Shown: piece after piece, positions 48,523 through 57,882 of the stretch
Position numbering within the stretch: the first letter of the stretch is position 1
Layout: the number at the start of each line of letters is the position of its first letter
DNA from: Thermoanaerobaculia bacterium
Lineage (GTDB): Bacteria; Acidobacteriota; Thermoanaerobaculia; UBA5066
DNA: 64,000 nt
Direction: 5' to 3'
NCBI GenBank assembly: GCA_963719225.1
Contig: CAVRAY010000001.1
Coordinates: forward strand, 3,520,001 to 3,584,000
Made by a program: the position numbers and the translations under genes
The notes under the pieces: model-generated
The model's input: only the letters and a program-made list of their open reading frames with translations
Database searches by the model: none
Told to the model about the DNA's origin: nothing

Positions 48523-49977
48523 ATGATCGGCGAGCGCGTCCGGGGACTCCGGCTTTCCACACGCCTCGGCGTCACGTGGGCGGGGATCCTCGCTCTGGCC
48601 GCGGCCGCGCAGACGCTCGTCTACCTCCAGACGCGCAACGAGACCGTGGAGGAGGCGGACGCCTCGTACCAGATGATCGCGAAGGCGATCGAGGTCGGTC
48701 AGACCCAGATCGGGCCCGAAGGCTGGAAGGACCCGAAGGTGCTCGCCGACTACACGGCGGCGCTCGGCGTGCGCGGGCTCAGGGACATCAAGGTCGTGGA
48801 CGAGAGCGGCAAGCCCGTCTTCCCTGAGATGCCGCCGGCGGTGACCGCGAAGAAGAGACCCAGGAAGCCCGAGATGCCCAGGGACGTCGTCATCTCCGGC
48901 TTCATCGGCTCGGGTCCCACGAACCGCAGCCTCGTCGTGCCGATCGTCATCGACGGCAAGCTGCGCGGACACGTCGAGATCGCCTACAACCTCGAGAACA
49001 TCCGGGCGCAGCTCGCCGACAACTTCCGGCGCAGGCTCTTCGCCCTCCTGGGCGTGTTCGCGCTCGGCCTCGCCGTGATGCTCGTCCTCACGCGCAACGC
49101 GACGCGGCCTCTCGACGAGCTCGCCGACGGCGCCGCGCGGGTCGCCGAGGGGCGGCTGGACGTGACGGTGCCCGTCGACCGCGACGACGAGGTGGGCCGC
49201 CTCGCCTCCACCTTCAACTACATGACCGAGCGGCTGCGCGAGAGACAGGAGCTCGAGGTGCGGCTCGCGGGCGCCGAAAAGCGCGCCGAGATCGGACATC
49301 TCGCGTCCGGCCTCGCGCACGAGATCAAGAACCCTCTGAACGCGCTCTCGCTCGGCCTCGACGTCCTGCGCCGCCGGCACCGGCCGGTCGACGAGGCGGC
49401 CGCCGCGGAATACGCCGCGCGCATCGAGGCGCTCCGGGAGGAGATCAACCGGCTCGCGGCGCTCATCAACAACTTCCTCGCGTACGGCCGGCCGCTCGCG
49501 CTGTCTCTCGCGCCGGCGGACTTCAGCGGCATCGTCCATCACACCGTCGCGGATCTCGCGGAGACGGCCGCCCAGGCTCACGTCACGATCGACGAGCAGG
49601 TCCCCGCTTCCGGCCCGTCGCTTTCGGGCGACGCGAACCTCCTGAAGTCCGCGGTCTGGAACCTCGTGCAGAACGGCATCCAGTCCATGGAGCGCAACGG
49701 CGGGAGCCTCACGGTGAGCCTCTCCACGGAGAACCCGCCCGAGGAGCCCGGCCCGCGCCTCGTTCTCTCGTGCCAGGACGAAGGACCGGGCATTCCGGAG
49801 GCCGACCTCCCCCGTCTCTTCGATCCCTACTTCTCCAAGAAGGAAGGGGGGGTGGGACTCGGCCTGGCCATGGTCAAGCGCATCATCGAGGAGCACGGCG
49901 GGAAGGTGACCGCGAAGAACAGGGCCGACGGCCGCACGGGAGCGATCTTCCGCATCTCGCTGCCCGTGAGCGCCTGA
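48523..49977 (+). CDS. HAMP-domain sensor histidine kinase
   Basis: Two TM helices, DEVG.L..FN.M HAMP, AHEIKNPL, N/G1/F/G2 boxes. Confidence 0.93.
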   Translation: MIGERVRGLRLSTRLGVTWAGILALAAAAQTLVYLQTRNETVEEADASYQMIAKAIEVGQTQIGPEGWKDPKVLADYTAALGVRGLRDIKVVDESGKPVFPEMPPAVTAKKRPRKPEMPRDVVISGFIGSGPTNRSLVVPIVIDGKLRGHVEIAYNLENIRAQLADNFRRRLFALLGVFALGLAVMLVLTRNATRPLDELADGAARVAEGRLDVTVPVDRDDEVGRLASTFNYMTERLRERQELEVRLAGAEKRAEIGHLASGLAHEIKNPLNALSLGLDVLRRRHRPVDEAAAAEYAARIEALREEINRLAALINNFLAYGRPLALSLAPADFSGIVHHTVADLAETAAQAHVTIDEQVPASGPSLSGDANLLKSAVWNLVQNGIQSMERNGGSLTVSLSTENPPEEPGPRLVLSCQDEGPGIPEADLPRLFDPYFSKKEGGVGLGLAMVKRIIEEHGGKVTAKNRADGRTGAIFRISLPVSA

Positions 49978-49994
49978 GAGGTAATCTCCAGCCG

Positions 49995-51386
49995 ATGAGC
50001 GCGAAGGAGCCGAAGGCCTCTCTCCTCGTCGTCGACGACGAGAAGCACCAGAGGGAGTCGCTCGCGATGATCCTCGAGGACGAGGGCTATCGCGTGACGG
50101 CCGCGGCCGACGGCCGCGAAGCCCTCGCGAAAGCCGCGGAGATCCGGCCCGAGGTCGTCCTCACGGATCTCAAGATGCCGGGCCTCACCGGCATGGACGT
50201 CGTGAAGAGCCTGAGCTCCCTCTCGGACGGGCCGCTCGCGCCGAAGGTGATTCTCGTGACGGCGCACGGCTCGGTCGAGCGCGCGCGCGAGGCCCACCAC
50301 CTCGGCGCCTTCGACTACATGTCGAAGCCCGTCGTCGCCGACGAGCTCCTCTTCCGCGTGGAGCGCGCCGTGGAGGCGTTCCGTCTCGCGGAGAAGGCGA
50401 TCCGCCTCGAGCGTCGCCTGAAGCACGACGGGCTCGAGGCCATCGTCGGCGAGAGCTCGGCGATGCGCGACGTCTTCCGGCTCGTCGAGAAGATCGCGCC
50501 CACGAACTCCACGGTCCTCATCCGCGGCGAGTCGGGCACGGGCAAGGAGCTCGTCGCGCGCGCGATTCACGCGCGCTCGCACCGCTCCGCGAAGCCCTTC
50601 TTCGCCCTGAATTGCGCGGCCATCCCCGAGAACCTCCTCGAGAGCGAGCTCTTCGGCCACGAGAGGGGCTCTTTCACGGGAGCCGACGCGCGGAAGATCG
50701 GGCTCTTCGAGACGGCGAGCGGCTCGACGCTCTTCCTCGACGAGATCGGCGATCTCTCCCTGCCCCTCCAGGGAAAGATCCTGCGCGTGCTGCAGGAAAA
50801 GGAGGTCAAGCGCGTGGGCGGAACGGACACGATAAGCGTGGACGTGCGCGTCGTGGCGGCCACGAACCGCGACCTCGAGGGCATGATGAAGACCGGGCAG
50901 TTCCGCGAGGACCTCTTCTACCGGCTCAACGTGATCCCCGTCGACCTCCCGCCTCTTCGCGAGCGCGCGTCGGACATCAAGGCGCTCGTGGTGCGCTTCC
51001 TCGAGAAGGCGAACGCCTCGCACGGCACGGCGGTGAACAGCGTCTCCCCCGAAGCCATGGACCTCCTCGTCCGCCATCCGTGGCCGGGAAACGTGCGCCA
51101 GCTCGAGAGCCTCGTCGAGCGTGCCGTTCTCCTGTGCGAAGGTAACGTCATCCGCCCGCAGGACCTCCCCGCCGACGTGCGGCTGCGCACGGCGCCCTCC
51201 GCGCGCCCCTACGGCTTCGACATCCCCGTCGACGGCATCGACATCGAGGAATTCGAGCGCCAGCTCATCGTCCAGGCGATGGAGAAATCCGGCTGGGTCA
51301 TCGCGAAAGCGTCGCGCCTCCTCGGCCTGACGTATCGAACGCTCCAGTACCGCCTCGAGAAGTTCGGACTCAAGAAACCCGCCTGA
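49995..51386 (+). CDS. Sigma54-dependent response regulator (NtrC family)
   Basis: Receiver DD/D/K; GESGTGKE, GSFTGA, FLDEIG, WPGNVRQL; Fis-type HTH. Confidence 0.95.
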   Translation: MSAKEPKASLLVVDDEKHQRESLAMILEDEGYRVTAAADGREALAKAAEIRPEVVLTDLKMPGLTGMDVVKSLSSLSDGPLAPKVILVTAHGSVERAREAHHLGAFDYMSKPVVADELLFRVERAVEAFRLAEKAIRLERRLKHDGLEAIVGESSAMRDVFRLVEKIAPTNSTVLIRGESGTGKELVARAIHARSHRSAKPFFALNCAAIPENLLESELFGHERGSFTGADARKIGLFETASGSTLFLDEIGDLSLPLQGKILRVLQEKEVKRVGGTDTISVDVRVVAATNRDLEGMMKTGQFREDLFYRLNVIPVDLPPLRERASDIKALVVRFLEKANASHGTAVNSVSPEAMDLLVRHPWPGNVRQLESLVERAVLLCEGNVIRPQDLPADVRLRTAPSARPYGFDIPVDGIDIEEFERQLIVQAMEKSGWVIAKASRLLGLTYRTLQYRLEKFGLKKPA

Positions 51387-51545
51387 CCCCAGGGCCGCAG
51401 GATTCGTCCATTTGGACGTACTCCCTCGACCGAAATGGTGCGACGCTTTTTTCAGGTCTTCGGAAAATCGGCGGAACGAGGCCTTCGGGCACCTAAACGA
51501 CAGGTTTTTCGTCCCGAACCCGCCGGGTGGCGCCGGACACGTGAC

Positions 51546-51561
51546 AGGCACGTCTCGTGCA
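51546..51561 (+). promoter_or_regulatory. Putative sigma54 (-24/-12) promoter
   Basis: aGGCACgtctcgTGCa with exact GG-N10-GC spacing, directly downstream of the activator gene. Confidence 0.6.
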
Positions 51562-51574
51562 CGCAAAGCAGCCC

Positions 51575-52006
51575 ATGTCGGTCCTCGTCCTCATTCTGGC
51601 ACTCCTGGTCGCACCCGAGGACGCTCCGAAATCCCCGGCCGCCACCTCCGCGAGCCTGTCGAAGACGGCGGCGGCGAGCACCTCGAAGACGATCGTCGGT
51701 GAGATCGTGTGGGTCGACCTCGCGTCGCGTCTCGTCCTCGTGCGCGAGTCGGTGAAGTCCACGTCGGTCAAAGGCAAGCCTTCCGTCCGCGAGACCGTCG
51801 CCATCACGATCGCGTCCGACGTTCCCGTCGTGAAGGGAAAGAAGGCCTCCACGCTCGCCGAGCTCAAACCTAACGATCACGTCGTCGCGCGTTACCTGCC
51901 CACCGCCGAGGGGGCGAGGGCAGTTTCGGTGCGCGTGGCGGACGCCACGCCCCGCACGCCGGACTCTCCCGCGGGCGCCACGCCCGACGGCGGCGAGACG
52001 AACTGA
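51575..52006 (+). CDS. Exported hypothetical protein (OB-fold/DUF5666-like)
   Basis: Hydrophobic N-terminus; GEIV.VD...LAELKPND.V..Y. Confidence 0.65.
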   Translation: MSVLVLILALLVAPEDAPKSPAATSASLSKTAAASTSKTIVGEIVWVDLASRLVLVRESVKSTSVKGKPSVRETVAITIASDVPVVKGKKASTLAELKPNDHVVARYLPTAEGARAVSVRVADATPRTPDSPAGATPDGGETN

Positions 52007-52030
52007 TCCTTCCCCGCTAGACTCCCCGGC

Positions 52031-52543
52031 ATGAAATCAACCGCCGCGCCTAACGTCCGTTTTCGGACGACGGAAGGGGCAGCCCTTTCCACGGCCGACG
52101 TCGTCGCGAGAGGACACGGCCTGCCCGTCCTTCTCGCGTTCTTCAAGACGAGCTGCCCCATCTGCCAGCTCACCTGGCCTTATCTCGAACGCCTTCATCG
52201 GACCTACGGAGGAAAGACCGTGCACGTGGCGGGCGTCTCGCAGAACGACGCGAAGTCGAGCCGCGCGTACTACGCCCAGCACGGCGGCGCGACGTTCGAC
52301 CTCCTGCTCGACCCGGAGCCGACGTTCGCCGCGTCGAACGCGTTCGGCATCGAATCGGTTCCGCACCTCGTGCTCCTGTCGCCCGACGGCCGGGTCGAGG
52401 ACGTCTTCGAAGGCTGGTCGAAGGCGCGCATGGAGGCTCTCGGCGCGCGGTTCGCTTCCAAGGAAGTCCCGCTCGTCCCGGTGGTCCCGCCGGGCGATCC
52501 GATCCGGGACTTCTCGCCCGGGTGAATGGGCCGCAACCGGTGA
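52031..52543 (+). CDS. TlpA/AhpC-like redoxin, probable selenoprotein (TGA 52523-52525 read as Sec; otherwise ends at 52525)
   Basis: FFKTSCPIC, SVP; C-terminus FSPG-TGA-MGRNR-TGA with a hairpin right after the first TGA. Confidence 0.75.
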
Positions 52544-52612
52544 CCCGTGCGGTCGCCACGGAAAGAGACACGGACGAAGGGCCCGCGACGTTAACCTTCT
52601 CCGAGGAGCAAC

Positions 52613-54190
52613 ATGCCGGAACTTCCCACGACTCTCGGTGAACTGATCTCGGCAGGGTACGGGCCGAAGACCGTCAAGGACGAGGTGCGTGACAACCTCA
52701 TCGCCAAGCTCAGGAAGGGGGAGAACGTCTTCCCCGGCATCCTGGGCTACGAGAAGACCGTCATCCCGGCCCTCCAGAACGCGATCCTCGCGCGGCACGA
52801 CATCATCCTGCTCGGGTTGCGCGGCCAGGCGAAGACGCGGATCCTGCGCTCGCTCGTGAACCTCCTCGACGACGAGATCCCCGTCATCGTGGGCTCGGAG
52901 CTCAACGAGTCGCCGTTCGCGCCCTTCTCCGCGTTCGGCCGCCGCATGGCGGCCAGTGCGGGAAAGGACCTGCCCGTCGCCTGGCTCCCGCGCGGGGCGC
53001 GCTATCGCGAGAAGCTCGCCACTCCGGACGTCACGATCGCCGACCTCATCGGCGACGTCGACCCCGTGAAGGCCGCCACCCTGAGGAAGACGTTCGCCGA
53101 CGAGGACGTCATTCACTACGGAATCATCCCGCGCACGAACCGCGGCATCTTCGCCATCAACGAGCTGCCGGACCTGCAGCCGCGCATCCAGGTCGGGCTC
53201 CTGAACATCCTCGAGGAGCGCGACCTGCAGATCCGCGGCTTCCCGCTGCGCATCCCGCTCGACATCCTCATGGTCTTCTCGGCGAATCCCGAGGACTACA
53301 CGAACCGCGGCAACATCATCACGCCGCTCAAGGACCGCATCGCCTCGCAGATCCTCACGCATTACCCCCCAGACGCGAAGATCGCCTCGGCCATCACGGA
53401 CCAGGAATCGTGGATCGATCGCGAGACCCACGGCGTCACGGTGCTCCTCGGAGACGAGGTCAAGCTCCTCGTCGAGGAGATCGCGTTCGTTGCGCGACGG
53501 AGCGAGCTCGTGGACCAGTCCTCGGGCGTTTCGGCGCGTCTCGCGATCGCCGCGCGCGAGCTCCTCGTCTCGAACCTCGAGCGACGCGCGCTGAAGACGG
53601 GCGAGAGCGTCGTCGCGCCGCGCCTCGTGGATTTCTTCGCGACGCTGCCCGCGATCACGGGCAAGGTCGAGATGGTGTTCGAGGGAGAGCAACAGGGCGC
53701 GGAGATCGTCGCCAAGAAGCTCATCGGCGACGCCGTGAAGGCGCTCTTCGAGGCGAAGTTCCCCGCCGTGGAAGGCCCGCGCGCGCGCGCCGAGAGCCGG
53801 CGCCGGCCGCGCAGCGGCGAGCTGGACGAGGACGACCTGAGCGGTCCCACGACTCTCGAACGCGCCGAGGCCCGCCGGGGCACGGCGGCCGCGGCGGCGC
53901 CCCCCGGCCCCTACGACGACATCGTCGGAGCCTTCTCCGGCGACAAGAAGATCATCCTCTCGGACGACACGCCGTTCTCCGAGCACCTGAAGACGCTCGA
54001 ATCGGTGAAGGGCCTCTCGGACTTCGTCCTCAAGCACGCGAAGCCGCGGGACCACTACGAGCGCGCGTTCCTCATGGAGCTCGTCCTCGAGGGCCTCGTC
54101 CAGAACCTCCGCATCGCGCGCGAGGACCTCGACTCGACGGTCACGTACGCCGAGCTCGCGAAGTTCAACCTGATGAGAAGCCGGGGGTAG
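52613..54190 (+). CDS. AAA+ ATPase, Mg-chelatase ChlI/MoxR-related
   Basis: GLRGQAKT Walker A, EKLATPD, INELPDL, ANPEDYTNRG. Confidence 0.88.
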   Translation: MPELPTTLGELISAGYGPKTVKDEVRDNLIAKLRKGENVFPGILGYEKTVIPALQNAILARHDIILLGLRGQAKTRILRSLVNLLDDEIPVIVGSELNESPFAPFSAFGRRMAASAGKDLPVAWLPRGARYREKLATPDVTIADLIGDVDPVKAATLRKTFADEDVIHYGIIPRTNRGIFAINELPDLQPRIQVGLLNILEERDLQIRGFPLRIPLDILMVFSANPEDYTNRGNIITPLKDRIASQILTHYPPDAKIASAITDQESWIDRETHGVTVLLGDEVKLLVEEIAFVARRSELVDQSSGVSARLAIAARELLVSNLERRALKTGESVVAPRLVDFFATLPAITGKVEMVFEGEQQGAEIVAKKLIGDAVKALFEAKFPAVEGPRARAESRRRPRSGELDEDDLSGPTTLERAEARRGTAAAAAPPGPYDDIVGAFSGDKKIILSDDTPFSEHLKTLESVKGLSDFVLKHAKPRDHYERAFLMELVLEGLVQNLRIAREDLDSTVTYAELAKFNLMRSRG

Positions 54191-54235
54191 GATCCCTGCG
54201 GCGCAGCGTGGCATCTACGCCACGAGCTGGAGCCA

Positions 54236-54469
54236 ATGAGAAAGCATTACGACTTTTCGCACGCGAGGCGCAACCCGTATGCGAAGCAACTCAAGCGGCA
54301 GGTGACGATTCGACTCGACGAGGACACCTTGACCTATTTTCGTGCCCTCGCGGGTGAGACGGCTATCCCCTACCAGACTCTGATCAATCTCTATCTGCGT
54401 GAGTGCGCGCGCTCGGGCCGACAACTTCGGCTCGAGTGGCGCGGCCCGAACGCCAAGCACGCGGCTTGA
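54236..54469 (+). CDS. BrnA-family (CopG/RHH-like) antitoxin, orphan
   Basis: MRKHYDFS....NPY....K..VTIRLD......F......IPYQTLINLYL. Confidence 0.85.
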   Translation: MRKHYDFSHARRNPYAKQLKRQVTIRLDEDTLTYFRALAGETAIPYQTLINLYLRECARSGRQLRLEWRGPNAKHAA

Positions 54470-54491
54470 GGCGCAGGGCCTGGCCCGCTTC

Positions 54492-56324
54492 ATGCCTCAG
54501 TCTCGAGTCGCGGACGATCCAGGTCTCTTCGGGAGGCTCTTCGTCCCTTTCGCGCTCGTCTCCATTCTCCTCGCGGCCGCTCCGCTCGTCCCCCGCCTGA
54601 CGCCCGGCTGGCCGCGCGGATGGACCACCCTTCTTCCCCTCGTTCTGGCAGGAGTTTTCCTCTCCATCGCTCTCGTGCACGTCGCGCTGGGAGCGCGCCC
54701 ACGGATGCGCGACCTCCTCGTCGTGGGCGCCTTTCCGCTCTACGCCCTCTACACGGGGAACGGCCTTTCCCTCGCCTCGGCGGACAACGTGGCGACGCGC
54801 CGAATCGCGAGCCAGCTCGTGACGCGAGGAACGCTCGACCTTGCGCGCGACCCGCCCTACGAGGAATCGTTCTACTGGGCGACGGTGACGGTCCGCGGCC
54901 GGGTTCTCCCGGCGTTCCCCGTCGGGATCGGGCTCCTTCAGGTTCCCTACGCCGCCGTGGCTCTCGCGGCATCCCACGGCTCGATCACTCCTTCTCTCAT
55001 CGGCCGCTGGGAGAAACATTTCTCGGCGCTCCTCACCGTGGCCTCGGTCGCGATCTTCTTCCTTGCCGTCTCACGCTCCCTCGGCAGACGCGCGGCGTGG
55101 GGAACCACCGCCGTCCTCGCGCTCGCGACGAGCCTTCCAAGCTGCGCCGCGCAATCCATGTGGTCGTCGACCGGCGAGCTCTTCTGCACGTCGCTCGCGC
55201 TCCTCTTTCTGATGCCGGGAGAAGCCGCGCTCCGGAGACCCGCCGCGGCGGGGGCCGCGATGGCGGCGGCGTTTCTCTGCCGCCCGACGGCGCTCGTCTC
55301 TCTCTCCGTCCTCGGCGTTCTCGCATGGCGCGAGGGCCGTCGCGAAGCGGCGCGCTACGGTTTCGCGGCAGCGGCTGGAATGGCCGTGATTCTCCTCTGG
55401 CAGGTCCAGGTCTTCGGAAATCCGCTCGGAGGCTACGGCATCCTGGGTTCGCTGGAAGGGGCGTGGGGTAGAACGATTCCGACGAGCTTCGCCGGGACGC
55501 TGCTGAGCCCGAGCCGGGGAATCCTCGTCTGGCATCCTTGGCTGCTCTTGTTGCCCGTTGCGGCGATGAGCCCCCGGCCCGAATGGCTTCGAGAATGGTG
55601 GCGCGGTTCTTTCGCCGTTCTCCTCCTGACGTGGCTCGTGGTCTCCCTCTTCACGAAATGGTGGGGGGGCGGCTGCCTGGGACCCAGGTATTTCACGGGA
55701 GTCGCACCTTTTCTCGCCCTGCTCACCGTCCCCCTCTGGACGGCGGCTTCGAAACGAACGCGCGCCGCGCTCGTCGGCACCTTCGCGATCGCTTCGGCGA
55801 CGCAGCTCCTCGCGGCGTACAACCCGAAAGTCTCCGATTGGAGCCACCTCGTGAACGTCGACGACTATCCGCGCGTTCTCTGGTCGGTTCGCGACAGCCA
55901 GCTCGCGGCCGCCTGGTGGCCACGCTGGAAGCTCAGTGACGCGTTCCTGTCCACGCTCCCGAGAGTCTCCGGGCGAGAAGACGGGTCGTTGCTCGGATCC
56001 ATGGACGAACCAAGGGATGGAGCGACCGTCATTGGGTCCCTTCGTGTGAAGGGATGGGCGCGCGCACCTGGCGAGGATCTCGACGTGAAGCTCTTTCTCG
56101 ACGGCGCGATCATGGCGGCGCCGATCCGCCGCGTCCCGAGGCCCGGGCTTGAGGCGGCAATTCCGTCGCTTGGCGACTGCTCGCGGGCCGGCTGGGAATC
56201 CGTCATCGAGTATCCGCGCGAAGGCTCGCCGAACGCGCACGAGCTGACCGCCGTCTTCCTCACGCGCGACGGGCGTTTTCGTTCCTACCCGGTCCGGCGC
56301 TTCACGTGGAGGCCATCACCGTAA
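54492..56324 (+). CDS. GT-C-like membrane protein with C-terminal Ig-like domain
   Basis: Many TM helices, CRP, G.LLSPSRG, WWGG...GPRY; start uncertain. Confidence 0.7.
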   Translation: MPQSRVADDPGLFGRLFVPFALVSILLAAAPLVPRLTPGWPRGWTTLLPLVLAGVFLSIALVHVALGARPRMRDLLVVGAFPLYALYTGNGLSLASADNVATRRIASQLVTRGTLDLARDPPYEESFYWATVTVRGRVLPAFPVGIGLLQVPYAAVALAASHGSITPSLIGRWEKHFSALLTVASVAIFFLAVSRSLGRRAAWGTTAVLALATSLPSCAAQSMWSSTGELFCTSLALLFLMPGEAALRRPAAAGAAMAAAFLCRPTALVSLSVLGVLAWREGRREAARYGFAAAAGMAVILLWQVQVFGNPLGGYGILGSLEGAWGRTIPTSFAGTLLSPSRGILVWHPWLLLLPVAAMSPRPEWLREWWRGSFAVLLLTWLVVSLFTKWWGGGCLGPRYFTGVAPFLALLTVPLWTAASKRTRAALVGTFAIASATQLLAAYNPKVSDWSHLVNVDDYPRVLWSVRDSQLAAAWWPRWKLSDAFLSTLPRVSGREDGSLLGSMDEPRDGATVIGSLRVKGWARAPGEDLDVKLFLDGAIMAAPIRRVPRPGLEAAIPSLGDCSRAGWESVIEYPREGSPNAHELTAVFLTRDGRFRSYPVRRFTWRPSP

Positions 56325-56369
56325 CGCGTCGCGAACGGGCTCGAGCCGGCGAGCGGTAGACTTCGCGCC

Positions 56370-57875
56370 ATGCCGATCACACGCCGTGACGTCCTCGGCG
56401 CCGCCGCCACCTCCGCGGCCGCGCTCGCCCTCCCGCGCTTCCTTTCCGCCGCCGACGACCTTTCCGCGATCTACGCCGAGATCTCTCGCCGCCACGCCGA
56501 GTCCGTCAAACGCCTGCAGGACTGGATCAAGGTCCCCTCGATCGCCGCCGAGAACAAGGGGACGAACGAGGGATGCGATCTCATGATCCAGCTCCTGAAG
56601 GACGCCGGCTTCCAGAAGGCCGTGCGCGCCGACACGAGCGGCAAGCCGGGCGTCTTCGCGACGCTCGACGCGGGCGCGCCGCGAACGGTCGGCCTCTACT
56701 TCATGTACGACGTGAAGCAGGTCGATCCCGCCGAGTGGTCGTCTCCTCCGTTCGACGCGGCGATCGTGGACAAGCCGGGCTTCGGCAAGGTGGTCATGGG
56801 CCGCGGCGCCGTGAACCAGAAGGGCCCCGAGTCCGCCTGCCTGGCCGCGCTCCACGCCATTCGCGGCGCGGGGAAGAAGGTTCCCGTCAACCTCGTCCTC
56901 GTCGCGGAGGGCGAAGAGGAGATCGGCTCGCCGCACTTCGCCGAGGTCGTGCGGCGGCCGGACGTCAGCGCGGCTCTCGCGAAGACGACGGGCGTCTTCA
57001 TGCCGTCCGCTTCGCAGGATCCGGACGGTGCCGTCACCGTCTCGCTCGGCGCCAAGGGCGTCGTGGAGCTCGAGCTCGTCGCGAGCGGCGAGAAGTGGGG
57101 ACGCGGCCCGTCGAAGGACGTCCACTCGAGCAACCGGGCGCGGCTCGACAGCCCCGCGTTCCACCTCGTACAGGCGCTCGCCACGCTCGTGAACGCCGAT
57201 GGCGACCCGGCCATCGACGGCTTCGCCGAGAAGGTGCGTCCGCCTTCCGCGAAAGAGCGCGAGATCCTCGATCGGGCCGCCTCCCGCCTCGACGAGGCGA
57301 CCGCCAAGAAAGCGCTCGCGACGAAACGCTGGGCGCACGACCTGCCGTGGCGCGCCACGCTCGAGCGGTATCTCTACACTCCCACCGTGAACATCGAGGG
57401 GCTCGTCGGCGGCTACACAGGGCCCGGCGGAAAGACCGTCCTCCCCCACCGAGTGGTCGCGAAGCTGGACCTGCGTCTCGTGCCCGACATGACGTTCGAC
57501 GCCGCGGTCGCGGCGCTGAAGGCGCATCTCGCCAGGCGCGGCTTCGGCGACATCGAGGTGAACCCGAGCGGCGGCTACGACCCGACCGATTCGCCCGCGG
57601 ACGCGCCCCTCATCCGGGCCCAGATGGCGACCTACCGGCGCAGCGGCCTCGATCCGATCCTCTGGCCACGCAACGCCGGCTCGTATCCCGGCTGGGTGTT
57701 CACGACACCCCCCCTCGGCCTTGCCGCGGGCCACTTCGGCCTCGGCCATGGCAGCGGCGCGCACGCCCCCGACGAGTACTACGTGATCGAGTCCTCGAAC
57801 CCGAAGGTGTCGGGATACGACGGCGCCGTGCGCTCGTTCGTGGACTACCTCTACGAGCTCGCCACCATCGCCTGA
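56370..57875 (+). CDS. Tat-exported M20/M25/M40 metallopeptidase
   Basis: TRRDVL Tat signal; YDV.Q, GRGA...KG, EGEEEIGS, AHAPDE. Confidence 0.9.
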   Translation: MPITRRDVLGAAATSAAALALPRFLSAADDLSAIYAEISRRHAESVKRLQDWIKVPSIAAENKGTNEGCDLMIQLLKDAGFQKAVRADTSGKPGVFATLDAGAPRTVGLYFMYDVKQVDPAEWSSPPFDAAIVDKPGFGKVVMGRGAVNQKGPESACLAALHAIRGAGKKVPVNLVLVAEGEEEIGSPHFAEVVRRPDVSAALAKTTGVFMPSASQDPDGAVTVSLGAKGVVELELVASGEKWGRGPSKDVHSSNRARLDSPAFHLVQALATLVNADGDPAIDGFAEKVRPPSAKEREILDRAASRLDEATAKKALATKRWAHDLPWRATLERYLYTPTVNIEGLVGGYTGPGGKTVLPHRVVAKLDLRLVPDMTFDAAVAALKAHLARRGFGDIEVNPSGGYDPTDSPADAPLIRAQMATYRRSGLDPILWPRNAGSYPGWVFTTPPLGLAAGHFGLGHGSGAHAPDEYYVIESSNPKVSGYDGAVRSFVDYLYELATIA

Positions 57876-57882
57876 AGAGCGC

